Assembly: GCA_035283985.1 (NCBI GenBank) | Contig: DATESQ010000009.1 | Location: 953-64,952, forward strand | Origin: Thermoplasmata archaeon | GTDB lineage: Archaea > Thermoplasmatota > Thermoplasmata > RBG-16-68-12 | DNA length: 64,000 nt | Direction of reading: 5' to 3' | Shown here: one piece after another, positions 9,935 through 18,548 of the stretch | How positions within the stretch are numbered: position 1 is the first letter of the stretch | Layout: each line of letters opens with the position of its first letter | The notes under the pieces: model-generated | Seen by the model: only the letters and a program-made list of their open reading frames with translations | Databases searched by the model: none | Told to the model about the DNA's origin: nothing | Translations under genes and position numbers: made by a program

Positions 9935-10696
9935 CTAGGCCGGCTTGCGCGCCCCGATATGGAAGTAAGTCTCGGTCAGGACGAGCCCATCCTCGGTGGA
10001 CAGGCCCCGCTCAAGGTCCAGGAGGGCCTGGAGATCACGACCGAGTGGGTCGAATCCGGGGATCGTCCACGGCGTCACGCACAGCATGAAAACGATGTCC
10101 CCCAGGCCGCGGTACGCGACCTTCGTATCATGGGTCCTCGCGTCCCCGATCGTCAAGCCTGCCGATCTCAGTTCATCTTGGTACCGGTGGAACAGGTCGC
10201 CGAAGTCCTGCATCGTCGGGAAGAATCGCCTGAGCTCCTTCCAATAATCCCGCCCTACCTGCTGGGTGAGGAGGCGGCCTCCCGGGGAGAGAACCCGCGC
10301 AATCTCGGCGGAATCCATCTCCTCGTGCCGATTCAGCACGACACTGAAGACGTCGTCGCGGAAGGGCAGCACAAGGCTGCGACACCGAACCACATCGACC
10401 CCGTGACGGCGTAGGCGCCTGGCCGCGACGGGCGCGTTGACGTGCCACTCCTCCGTTGCGATGGCGCGCCCTCGATAGGAGGGGAGCAGCGCCTCGAAAA
10501 TCTCGCCCCCGCCGGTTCCCATGTCGAGCACGCGTGCAGCGGTCGTGAGGAGCTCGGCCGCCAGACTCGGGTAGCTCCATGGCACGGGCGAGCCGAGGAC
10601 CGTTGAGACGACTTCGTTGAAGCGCCAACCGGAAAACCGGCGGGCTCGGTCGACATACGGTCGAAGTCGATCTCTTGCGCTTTCTGCTCCGCGCAT
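9935..10696 (-). CDS. Class I SAM-dependent methyltransferase
   Basis: It has a VLDMGTGGGE motif I and a methyltransferase-fold pattern. The start was placed at the internal ATG; the ORF could extend to 10825. Confidence 0.6.
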   Translation of the reverse strand: MRGAESARDRLRPYVDRARRFSGWRFNEVVSTVLGSPVPWSYPSLAAELLTTAARVLDMGTGGGEIFEALLPSYRGRAIATEEWHVNAPVAARRLRRHGVDVVRCRSLVLPFRDDVFSVVLNRHEEMDSAEIARVLSPGGRLLTQQVGRDYWKELRRFFPTMQDFGDLFHRYQDELRSAGLTIGDARTHDTKVAYRGLGDIVFMLCVTPWTIPGFDPLGRDLQALLDLERGLSTEDGLVLTETYFHIGARKPA

Positions 10697-10833
10697 CTCC
10701 GTCACACCACGCCGGCCACTCCCATAAACCGGGAGCCCGCTTGAGAGTTGGGCAAGAGAGCCCCGTTCGTGACTCGCTCCCCCTGTTTCCTTGGGCAACG
10801 TTGAAATAGCGTCCGATTTTCCCAACGCCCATC

Positions 10834-11631
10834 GTGGCCTTGAACATCATTGTCTGTGTGAAGCAGATCCCGAACCCGGACCTCCAGTTCCAGATCAATG
10901 CGGAGGGTACGGACATCAGGCGGGACGCGCTGAACTACCGGACGAACGGCGCGGACGAGTACGCGCTCGAGGAGGCCGTCCGTCTGAAGGAGAAGCACGG
11001 TGGCCGCGTCACGGTCGTCACCGCGGGCCCGAAGCGGACGGAGCAGATGTTGCGGGAGGCGATCGCGAAGGGCGCGGACGAGGCGATCCGCATCGCGTAC
11101 GACGATCCCGCCGCGTACGACGCGATGAGGGTCGCACGGGTCCTCGCGGCCGCGGTCAAGTCGATCCCCCACGATCTCGTCCTCACGGGTGTCCAGAGCG
11201 ACGACTACATCCACTCCCTCACGGGGATCGTGATTGCGCGGACCCTCGGCCACCCGCACGCGAGCGTCGTCACGAAGGTCGCCCTCGACGGCACGACCCT
11301 CACCGCGAACCGCGAGCTCGAGGGCGGTGACCAGGAGGTCGTGACCGTCCCGATGCCCGCGGTCCTCACGATCCAGTTTGGTATCAACACGCCGCGATAC
11401 GCGCCCCTCCCCGCGATCATGAAGGCGGCCCGCCAGCCGATCAAGGAGCTCACGCCCGCCGCGGTCGGCGCTTCGTCGTGGGACGCGTTCGCCGCCGGCT
11501 ATACGTTCCGCGTGCGGCGCCTCACGCCGCCGGAGTCGAAGGGCCGCGCGGAGATATTCGCAGGCGGCGTGGCGGACCAGGCGAAGAAGCTCGCCCAGCT
11601 CCTCCGGGAGAAGGGCTTCTATCGGGGGTGA
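10834..11631 (+). CDS. etfB: Electron transfer flavoprotein beta subunit
   Basis: The N-terminus NIIVCVKQIPNPD and overall similarity to the EtfB/FixA family support the call. A GTG start is used. The stop is 4 nt before the etfA ATG. Confidence 0.85.
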   Translation: MALNIIVCVKQIPNPDLQFQINAEGTDIRRDALNYRTNGADEYALEEAVRLKEKHGGRVTVVTAGPKRTEQMLREAIAKGADEAIRIAYDDPAAYDAMRVARVLAAAVKSIPHDLVLTGVQSDDYIHSLTGIVIARTLGHPHASVVTKVALDGTTLTANRELEGGDQEVVTVPMPAVLTIQFGINTPRYAPLPAIMKAARQPIKELTPAAVGASSWDAFAAGYTFRVRRLTPPESKGRAEIFAGGVADQAKKLAQLLREKGFYRG

Positions 11632-11635
11632 TGCG

Positions 11636-12604
11636 ATGGCGGGCGATATCCTTGTGGTCGCAGAGCACCGGGACGGCAAGCTCGCCGGCGCGACGTTCGA
11701 GCTCGTCGCCCTCGGCCGTTCCCTCGCGCGGCAGAGCGGAGGGACCGTGAAGGTCGCGCTTCTCGGCCATGGCGCCGCTATTGCGCCGAGGCTCGCGGAG
11801 TACGCGGATGTCCTCGCCGTCGACGACCCACACCTCGAGCACTACTCCCCCGGCGGCTATGAGCAGGCCCTCCACGCGATCGTCGAGTCCGTCTCGCCCC
11901 GCGCGATCCTCCTCCTGCATTCGTCCCAGGGCTTCGACCTGGCCCCCGCGCTCGCGGTGGCCTTCGACGCCCCGCTCGTCACGAACTGCGTCGCCCTCGT
12001 GTTCGATGGACCCGTGCTCGTCGCGACGCGAAAGATTCTGAATGACAAGGTCGTCGTGGAGATCGAGGTGTCGAGCGAGCGGCCGTACCTCGCGACCGTG
12101 CGACCCGCCGCCGTAAAAGCCGCGGAGCCACTGCCCTCATCCGCGACGGTCACGCACATGCACGTCTCGATCGACCCCGCGAAGCTCGGGGCGACGTTTC
12201 TGCGCGCGGAGAAGCCAGAGGTCCAGGACATCGACATCGCCACCGCGGACATCGTCGTCAGCGCGGGGCGCGGGATCAAGGAGAAGAAGAACCTCGCGCT
12301 CGTCGAGGAGTTCGCGAAGCTCCTCGGTGGCGTCGTCGGTGCGTCCCGCCCGCTCACGGACATGGAGTGGCTCCCGAAGACCCGCCAGGTCGGTCAGAGC
12401 GGGAAGACCGTGCGGCCGAAGCTGTACATCGCGTGTGGGATCAGCGGCGCGATGCAACATGTATCGGGGATGAAGGACGCGGGAACGATCATTGCGATCA
12501 ACACGGACCCGAGCGCACCGATTTTCGAGGTCGCGCACTACGGGTTTACGGTGAACGTCCTCGAACTCCTCCCGGCGGCGATGAAGGAGCTGAGAAGCGG
12601 ATAG
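11636..12604 (+). CDS. etfA: Electron transfer flavoprotein alpha subunit
   Basis: The FAD-binding C-terminal motifs are VSAGRGI...PKLYIACGISGAMQHVSGMKDAGTIIAINTDPSAPIF. Confidence 0.85.
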   Translation: MAGDILVVAEHRDGKLAGATFELVALGRSLARQSGGTVKVALLGHGAAIAPRLAEYADVLAVDDPHLEHYSPGGYEQALHAIVESVSPRAILLLHSSQGFDLAPALAVAFDAPLVTNCVALVFDGPVLVATRKILNDKVVVEIEVSSERPYLATVRPAAVKAAEPLPSSATVTHMHVSIDPAKLGATFLRAEKPEVQDIDIATADIVVSAGRGIKEKKNLALVEEFAKLLGGVVGASRPLTDMEWLPKTRQVGQSGKTVRPKLYIACGISGAMQHVSGMKDAGTIIAINTDPSAPIFEVAHYGFTVNVLELLPAAMKELRSG

Positions 12605-12672
12605 GGCCGTCAGAATCGCACGCGGCAACGCATTCGGAGATTTCATCTAGACCATGGGCCACTCGTCCCGCC

Positions 12673-13095
12673 GTGGCCACCCCTCCGCCGCACTCTCCCA
12701 CCGGGCCGCCGCCCCAATGGTATGCCCCCTCGCCGGCGCCTCGCCAAAATCCCGCGAATATCATCGGATTCGCGCTCATTGCGATCGGGTTCATCGTGTT
12801 CATCGTCGGGAGTCCGATCGCCGCGGTCGCCGGAGGGTTCGCGGAACCGGTCATCGTCGCGTTGGTCGGGTTCGGGATCATCATCGTCGGGGGAATCCTC
12901 CTCGGCGTGGCGGGGATGACGCACCGGAATCCGCTTCCCCCGCCGCCACCGATCCAGCGGCCTCCGACCGCCCCGGGAGGGGAAGGCAGGCCCATGGAAC
13001 TCGCGTGCCCGAACTGCGGCGCCGCGCCTCGGAACATCGATCGATTCGGGATCGCGACGTGCGACTATTGCCAAACGCGGTTCCTCGTCCGGTGA
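12673..13095 (+). CDS. Hypothetical small membrane protein: Pro-rich N-terminus, two TM helices, C-terminal zinc ribbon
   Basis: The reading frame continues from inside etfA. The first usable start after the etfA stop is a GTG at 12673. The hydrophobic helices are IIGFALIAIGFIVFIVGSPIAAVAGG and VIVALVGFGIIIVGGILLGVAG. The ribbon is CPNCGAAPRNIDRFGIATCDYCQTRF. The overlapping 12654 ORF is an Arg-rich alternate-frame artefact. Confidence 0.4.
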   Translation: MATPPPHSPTGPPPQWYAPSPAPRQNPANIIGFALIAIGFIVFIVGSPIAAVAGGFAEPVIVALVGFGIIIVGGILLGVAGMTHRNPLPPPPPIQRPPTAPGGEGRPMELACPNCGAAPRNIDRFGIATCDYCQTRFLVR

Positions 13096-13107
13096 TCCGG
13101 ATGGCGG

Positions 13108-13947
13108 ATGGCGGGTGAGGCGATGGCCCGGTCGATTGGCGTCGAGCTTCCGAGGAACGCGTACTACACGGGCGAGGTCGTTGACGGCGCGGTTGCACTG
13201 CATACGGACGATGGCGTCCGTTGTCGCGGCCTGTTCGTCGAACTCATCGGGCGCGAGGAGACGAAGATCGAGCGGGGATCTGGGAAGAGCCGCCACGTGT
13301 ACAAGTCATCGAAGGATCACGTCGCGTGGCGCCTCCCCCTTCTCGGCGAAGGGACGATCCCGCCGGGCGGACAACGGTTTCCCTTTCGTTTCCAGGTTCC
13401 GATCGAAGGGCTGCCCTCGTATCAAGGCCGCCATGCATGGATGAAGTACACCCTCACCGCGAGGCTCGACGTGCCCTTATGGCTGGATGCCGTCTGGTCC
13501 GGTGAGCTGTTCTTGTTCTACGACCGGAACAGCGTCCGTCGGTTCCCGCGGCCGATTCGGTTTCGCTCGGGCGGCCAAGGTCCCGAGGTGTTCGTTGACC
13601 TGGACGGCGACCGGTTCTTCGCGCGCGAACTCGTCGGTTGCCGGATCACGGTCTTCCGTCTGAGTGGTGCGCGCGTGCGTCGCGTGTACGCTCGCTTGAT
13701 TGGCGAGGAGTGGGCGAAGGCGGATCGCGTCGAGGAGACGACGGAAACGTTTCGGCAGGAGTGGTCGATTCCGATCGGGCGGGTCCAGGAGGGGGTCCCG
13801 TTCGAGTTCGAGATGCCGATTCCCGCGGATGTCCAGTCGAGCTACCACGGCACCCATTCATATTATTCGTACGCGGTCCAAGTCGGCCTCGACATCGCGC
13901 TTGCCTCCGACGTCGTGGCGCAGACTCCAATCGTGATCGTGCGATGA
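13108..13947 (+). CDS. Arrestin-fold (Spo0M-like) protein, tentative
   Basis: The protein has two internal repeats. Each ends in a similar beta-rich segment: YQGRHAWMKYTLTARLDVPLW and YHGTHSYYSYAVQVGLDIAL. It has no TM segments. The family call rests on pattern recognition only. Confidence 0.4.
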   Translation: MAGEAMARSIGVELPRNAYYTGEVVDGAVALHTDDGVRCRGLFVELIGREETKIERGSGKSRHVYKSSKDHVAWRLPLLGEGTIPPGGQRFPFRFQVPIEGLPSYQGRHAWMKYTLTARLDVPLWLDAVWSGELFLFYDRNSVRRFPRPIRFRSGGQGPEVFVDLDGDRFFARELVGCRITVFRLSGARVRRVYARLIGEEWAKADRVEETTETFRQEWSIPIGRVQEGVPFEFEMPIPADVQSSYHGTHSYYSYAVQVGLDIALASDVVAQTPIVIVR

Positions 13948-13953
13948 CGCGGA

Positions 13954-14247
13954 TTACTTCGCCGCGGCGACGGACTTCGCGAAGTCCCCAGCGGGGACGG
14001 CGGGGAGCGTCTCCGCGTGGACGCTCACTTGGCGAGCAACGAGAGCGCTGATCTTCATCATCGTCGCGTCATCGGGTGCCTCGACGATCGCGATCAGATC
14101 GTAACGGCCGAGCGTCGCGTACGCATCAACGACCTTCCCGCCGTTCGCCTCGAACACCTTGCGGGCGTCCGCGAGGAGGTCAGTGAGGCGCGCGACGTTT
14201 TTCACGGCTTGCTCTGTAAATCGCACGAGTCGGATGTATCGTGGCAT
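13954..14247 (-). CDS. GYD-domain protein
   Basis: The sequence MPRYIRLVRFTEQAVKNV...GGKVVDAYATLGRYDLIAIVEAPDD matches the GYD family. The ATG at 14247 is preceded by GGGGGA. Confidence 0.7.
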   Translation of the reverse strand: MPRYIRLVRFTEQAVKNVARLTDLLADARKVFEANGGKVVDAYATLGRYDLIAIVEAPDDATMMKISALVARQVSVHAETLPAVPAGDFAKSVAAAK

Positions 14248-14332
14248 GGGCTCCCCCGGGCGGGGCAAGACCTCTCATGGCTTATACCTTGTCTCGATGG
14301 TCTTTTGTCTTTCCATTGCGTATCGCGGTGAG

Positions 14333-14614
14333 ATGGCCCGCGCGAAGCTCCCGGAAGGGGACATCAGGACGATGCTCGCGGACATCCCGATGTGGACCCG
14401 CATCGGCGATGCGATTGAACGGACGTGGACGTTCGACACGTACCCGGAGGCGATCGCGTTCCTTGTACGGGTCGCTTTTCTCGCGGAGGGGATGAATCAC
14501 CACCCTGATATCACGAACGCTTGGACGAGGGTGAAGCTGTCCCTCACGACCCACGACGCAGGTGGGCTCACCGAGCGGGACTTCAAGCTCGCGACGAAGA
14601 TCGACGCCCTCTAG
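14333..14614 (+). CDS. Pterin-4a-carbinolamine dehydratase (PCD/DCoH)
   Basis: The sequence W..I...........W.F.TYPEAIAFLVRVAFLAEGMNHHPDI matches the PCD family. It starts at the internal ATG of the longer ORF. Confidence 0.8.
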   Translation: MARAKLPEGDIRTMLADIPMWTRIGDAIERTWTFDTYPEAIAFLVRVAFLAEGMNHHPDITNAWTRVKLSLTTHDAGGLTERDFKLATKIDAL

Positions 14615-15018
14615 GCGATTCCGAGGACGCGGTCGAGGGACCAGGGTCCGGGCCCGAGGAGGGCGACCGTGATCGCGAGGACGAGGAACAGGACATCGAG
14701 CTCGTACCCTCCGGTGAACTTCTTCCCGAGCTTCGTTTTCGAGAAGATGGACGTCGCGACCATCTGGAGGGTGAACAGGATGGCCAGGATCTGGACGAGG
14801 AACCCGAGGAGCATGGCGATCGCGCCGAAGAATTCGAGGAGCGTGAACAGGACCGCGAAGACGGCTCCGCCGGGAAACCCTGTGCCCCTGACGAAGGCCA
14901 CGGTCCCCTTCATGTTCTTCATCTTCGGCACGCCGTGGGCGAGGAACAGGATGGCTAATAGAACCCGCGCGAACGTTGCGGCCGCATCTGGGCTCACGGG
15001 GATTGGTAGGAGACTCAT
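14611..15018 (-). CDS. DoxX-family membrane protein
   Basis: It is a four-TM small membrane protein with the DoxX-like pattern LLAILFLAHGVPKM...GFPGG. A TATA-like element (cttatact on the coding strand) lies about 25 nt upstream of the ATG, suggesting a leaderless transcript. Confidence 0.7.
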   Translation of the reverse strand: MSLLPIPVSPDAAATFARVLLAILFLAHGVPKMKNMKGTVAFVRGTGFPGGAVFAVLFTLLEFFGAIAMLLGFLVQILAILFTLQMVATSIFSKTKLGKKFTGGYELDVLFLVLAITVALLGPGPWSLDRVLGIA

Positions 15019-15118
15019 CCAGGCTGCTACCCCAATGAGGAGTATAAGTCGTTTTCAATCCGTAGCATTGAAGTCGCTCCTCATCTCAGGAGTGACACGC
15101 TGCGCGGGGGAACCGGAT

Positions 15119-17095
15119 TCACAGGGCCTTCTCGACGAGTTCCGCGATGTCGTACCGGCGGATGTCCTCGCGGTTCTTCGTCTTCGCCGCGTCGTCGAAC
15201 ATGATTAGGCAGTACGGGCACGCGGTCGCGACGACGTTCGCGCCCGTCTCCTCGACGTGGCTCAGTCTGCGGTGGTTCACCCTCTCCCCGATTCGCTCCT
15301 CCATCCACATCCGCGCGCCGCCGGCCCCGCAGCAGAATCCCTTGTCCCGGCACTTCGACATCTCCACCGTTCGGACGCCAGGGATCCTCATCAGGACGTC
15401 CCGCGGCTCGTCGAAGATGTCGTTGTATCGCCCGAGGTAGCAGGAGTCGTGGTGCGTGATGAGGTCGGAAATCTCCTTCGTGAGCTTGATCCGGCCCTGA
15501 TCGAGGAGCTCCTTTAGGAGCTGGGTGTGGTGTATCACCTCGTAGTTCCCGCCGAACTGCGGGTACTCGTTCTTCAGGGTGTTGAAGCAATGCGGGCACG
15601 CCGTGACGATTTTCTTCACGCCGTACCGGTTGAAGGTCTCGACGTTCGCCGTCGCCATCGCCTGGAACAGGTACTCGTTCCCGATCCGTCTCGCGGGATC
15701 GCCCGTGCACCTTTCCTCGGGGCCGAGGATCGCGAACGGCACGCCGGCGTGGCGCATCAGTCGGGCGAGGGCCTGCGTGACCTTCCGATTGCGGTCGTCG
15801 AACGAGCCCGCGCAGCCGACCCAGAACAGGTACAGGTACCGCCCGCCGTCGGAGAGCTTCGGGACGTACATCCCCTCCGCCCAATCCCCGCGACGGTCCC
15901 ACCCGATTCCCCACGGGTTGTAGTTCTGCTCGATCTTCCGCATCGTCTCCATGGCCTCGGGCGGCATCGTGCCCTGGGTGAGGACCATGTGCCGCCGCAT
16001 CTCAATGATCTTCGGGACGTGCTCGTTCATCACGGGGCACTCGTACACGCACGCGTAGCACGTCGTGCAGGCCCAAATTCCGTCCTCGGAGTGGACCGTC
16101 GTGAACATGTCCGGGAGACCGTCCACCTTCCCGGCGACGATTGCGTTGCCCTGTTCATCGAGTGTGTCCCTCATGTTGGTGATGATCCGCATCGGGTCCA
16201 GCGGCTTGCCTGTGGCGTTCGCGGGGCACGCGTCCGTGCACCGGCCGCACTCTGTGCATGCGTAGCCGTCGAGGAGCTGCCGCCACGACAGCTGCTCGAC
16301 ACGGTTCACGCCGAACGTCTCGGCGCCCTCGAGGTTAACTTTCTTGATTGCGCCGCGCGGCGTAAGGTCCATGAAGAACGTGTTGACGATCGCGAAGATG
16401 ATGTGCATGTGCTTCGAGTGTGGGACGTACGCAAGAAATGAGAAGAGGAGCCCGACATGGGCCCACCAGAAGACCCGCCACCAGAAGACCGGATCCAACC
16501 GAACGACGGAGATGTTTAGGAGCAGGGCCGAGATCGGCTTCCACTCGACCATCGCGGCAGTCCCCGCAGCGATGTCCGCGGCGTTGTACAGGAGGAGTGT
16601 GACGACGATCCCGAGGATTGCGGAGAGGACGATTGTCGCGTCGAACATCCCCTCGTGCATGAGCTTCTTCGGGCGAATTATGTAGCGGCGGTGCAGGGCC
16701 ATCCCGACGCCGATCGCGGCGAGGACCGCGATGACCTCCTGGGCGAGGTACAGCGGACCGAGCAGAGAGAGGCCGAAGATCGTCGGCAGCGGAAACTGCC
16801 ATCCCGGCGCATACGCCTGCGCGGTGATTTCCGCGACACTCGTCCCGAGGATCACGAAGGCCCAGAAAATGAACGAGTGCAATACACCCGCGTACCACTC
16901 CCGCGCGACCTTCCGCTGGAAGATTCCGTAGACGATGAAGTTCTTCAGGCGCCGCGGGAACTGATCCCAGCGCCGCTCCCTGCCCTTGCCCGCGAAGAGG
17001 AACCGGAGGCGGTAATACATCTTCCGGCTGAAGATTCCGAGGCTCACGGCCAGGAAGGCCGTCACGGCGTATGTGTCGAGCGGTGTGACCGCCAT
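15119..17095 (-). CDS. Membrane-bound Fe-S oxidoreductase, fusion of a NarI/HdrE-like cytochrome b membrane domain with an HdrD/DsrK/GlpC-like subunit
   Basis: The N-terminal part has about five TM helices. The 2x[4Fe-4S] ferredoxin motifs are CTECGRCTDACP and CTTCYACVYECP. Two CCG domains are present (...VGCAGSF...CPHCF... and ...HDSCYLGRYN...CCGAGG...ACPYC). Confidence 0.8.
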   Translation of the reverse strand: MAVTPLDTYAVTAFLAVSLGIFSRKMYYRLRFLFAGKGRERRWDQFPRRLKNFIVYGIFQRKVAREWYAGVLHSFIFWAFVILGTSVAEITAQAYAPGWQFPLPTIFGLSLLGPLYLAQEVIAVLAAIGVGMALHRRYIIRPKKLMHEGMFDATIVLSAILGIVVTLLLYNAADIAAGTAAMVEWKPISALLLNISVVRLDPVFWWRVFWWAHVGLLFSFLAYVPHSKHMHIIFAIVNTFFMDLTPRGAIKKVNLEGAETFGVNRVEQLSWRQLLDGYACTECGRCTDACPANATGKPLDPMRIITNMRDTLDEQGNAIVAGKVDGLPDMFTTVHSEDGIWACTTCYACVYECPVMNEHVPKIIEMRRHMVLTQGTMPPEAMETMRKIEQNYNPWGIGWDRRGDWAEGMYVPKLSDGGRYLYLFWVGCAGSFDDRNRKVTQALARLMRHAGVPFAILGPEERCTGDPARRIGNEYLFQAMATANVETFNRYGVKKIVTACPHCFNTLKNEYPQFGGNYEVIHHTQLLKELLDQGRIKLTKEISDLITHHDSCYLGRYNDIFDEPRDVLMRIPGVRTVEMSKCRDKGFCCGAGGARMWMEERIGERVNHRRLSHVEETGANVVATACPYCLIMFDDAAKTKNREDIRRYDIAELVEKAL

Positions 17096-17252
17096 GCGAC
17101 CGAAGACAAGACGGGCGGGCTTTTGAAGGCAGCGTCCCTAGTACGCAGACGGGCACGGTCTCTGATTATCCACGGGTGGTCCCCTCAAAGGCGATGAACA
17201 ATTCAGGACCATCGGCATCCGCGTACGACTCCTACATGAAAACATTCGTGGG

Positions 17253-18494
17253 TCATAGATTCTTGATCACGCCATCCGCGAACTCGGAGCACTTGACCTC
17301 CGTGGCCCCCTCCATCTGGCGGGCGAGGTCGTACGTGACGATCTTCTGCGCGATCGTCCGCTTCACGCCCTCCTTCAGTGCCATGGCTGCCTCCCGCCAC
17401 CCGAGGTGCTCGAGCATCATCACGCCCGCGAGGATTTCCGCGGTCGGGTTCGCCTTGTCGAGTCCCGCGTATCGCGGCGCGCTCCCGTGGATCGTTTCGA
17501 ACAGCGCGTGCGCGTCCCCTATGCTCCCGCCTGCCGCGACGCCGAGGCCGCCGACCTGTGCCGCGGCCGCGTCGCTCAGATAATCGCCGTTCAGGTTCGG
17601 CGTCGCGAGGACGTCGTAGTCCTCCGTCCGCGTGAGGAGTTGCTGGAACATGTTGTCCGCGATGACGTCCTTGATCACGATCCTCCCCTTTGGCGACGTC
17701 CCGCCGTAGTTCTTGTTAATCTCGTCGAGCGTCACGGCCTGCTTCGCGAACTCCTCCCGCGCGACCGCGTAACCCCACTCCCGGAACGCCCCCTCCGTGA
17801 ACTTCATGATGTTCCCCTTGTGGACGATCGCCACGGACCGGCGACCGTTCTCAATCGCGTACCGGATCGCCTTCCGGACGAGACGCTTCGTCTTGAACTC
17901 CGAGATCACTTTGAGGCCGAGCCCCGCGTCCTCAGGAATCTTCAGGCGGAACTCCTTCTCGAGGATCTCCCGGAGCCGCGCCGCCTCCGGTGTTCCCCGC
18001 TGCCACTCGATCCCCGCGTAGACGTCCTCCGTTGCCTCCCGGAAGATTACGAGGTCCATCCGCTCCGGGTGCTTCATCGGGCTCGGCACGCCCGGGAGCC
18101 AGTAGATCGGGCGGATGTTTGCGTAGAGGTCGAGGGTCTGGCGGAGTGCGACGTTGAGGGACCGAAATCCGCCGCCGATCGGCGTCGTAAGGGGGCCTTT
18201 CAGGGCAACGACGTAGTCCCGGATCGCACGGAGCGTCGCCTCCGGGAGCAGGTCGCCGAACTTGTGCAGGGCCATCTCCCCCACGGGGACGTCGAACCAC
18301 ACGATTTTCCGCCGTCCGCCGTACGCTTTTTGAACCGCTGCGGAGATCACTCGCCGCGCGGCCCGCGTGACGTCGGGTCCGATGCCGTCGCCCTCGATGA
18401 TCGGGATGATGGGGTCGTCGGGGACCCTCAGCTGCGTCCCCGCGATGATGATCTTGTGGCCCTCCGATGGCGGGAAGAGCTTGAGCTTCTCCAC
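17253..18494 (-). CDS. icd: Isocitrate dehydrogenase (NADP-type, prokaryotic Icd family)
   Basis: The motifs IIEGDGIGPDV, NVALRQTLDLYANIRP, IVHKGNIMKFTEGAF and GGTSPKG are present. Confidence 0.9.
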   Translation of the reverse strand: MEKLKLFPPSEGHKIIIAGTQLRVPDDPIIPIIEGDGIGPDVTRAARRVISAAVQKAYGGRRKIVWFDVPVGEMALHKFGDLLPEATLRAIRDYVVALKGPLTTPIGGGFRSLNVALRQTLDLYANIRPIYWLPGVPSPMKHPERMDLVIFREATEDVYAGIEWQRGTPEAARLREILEKEFRLKIPEDAGLGLKVISEFKTKRLVRKAIRYAIENGRRSVAIVHKGNIMKFTEGAFREWGYAVAREEFAKQAVTLDEINKNYGGTSPKGRIVIKDVIADNMFQQLLTRTEDYDVLATPNLNGDYLSDAAAAQVGGLGVAAGGSIGDAHALFETIHGSAPRYAGLDKANPTAEILAGVMMLEHLGWREAAMALKEGVKRTIAQKIVTYDLARQMEGATEVKCSEFADGVIKNL

Positions 18495-18548
18495 GGGAAT
18501 CCCGTGCGTTATCGGCGGCCGCTCTTTAATGTATCCGCTGTACAGGCA

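Noticed and set aside
12654-13118. A 154-aa ORF starting at an ATG right after etfA
   Set aside because: Its translation is Arg/His-rich with no hydrophobic core. The overlapping frame (12673-13095) gives a coherent TM plus zinc-ribbon protein.
15019-15118. A terminator hairpin (aatgaggag...ctcctcat) between the HdrDE-like gene and doxX
   Set aside because: The inverted repeat has a roughly 35-nt loop and no following T-tract. The same segment more plausibly carries the doxX TATA element, so it was not listed as a terminator.
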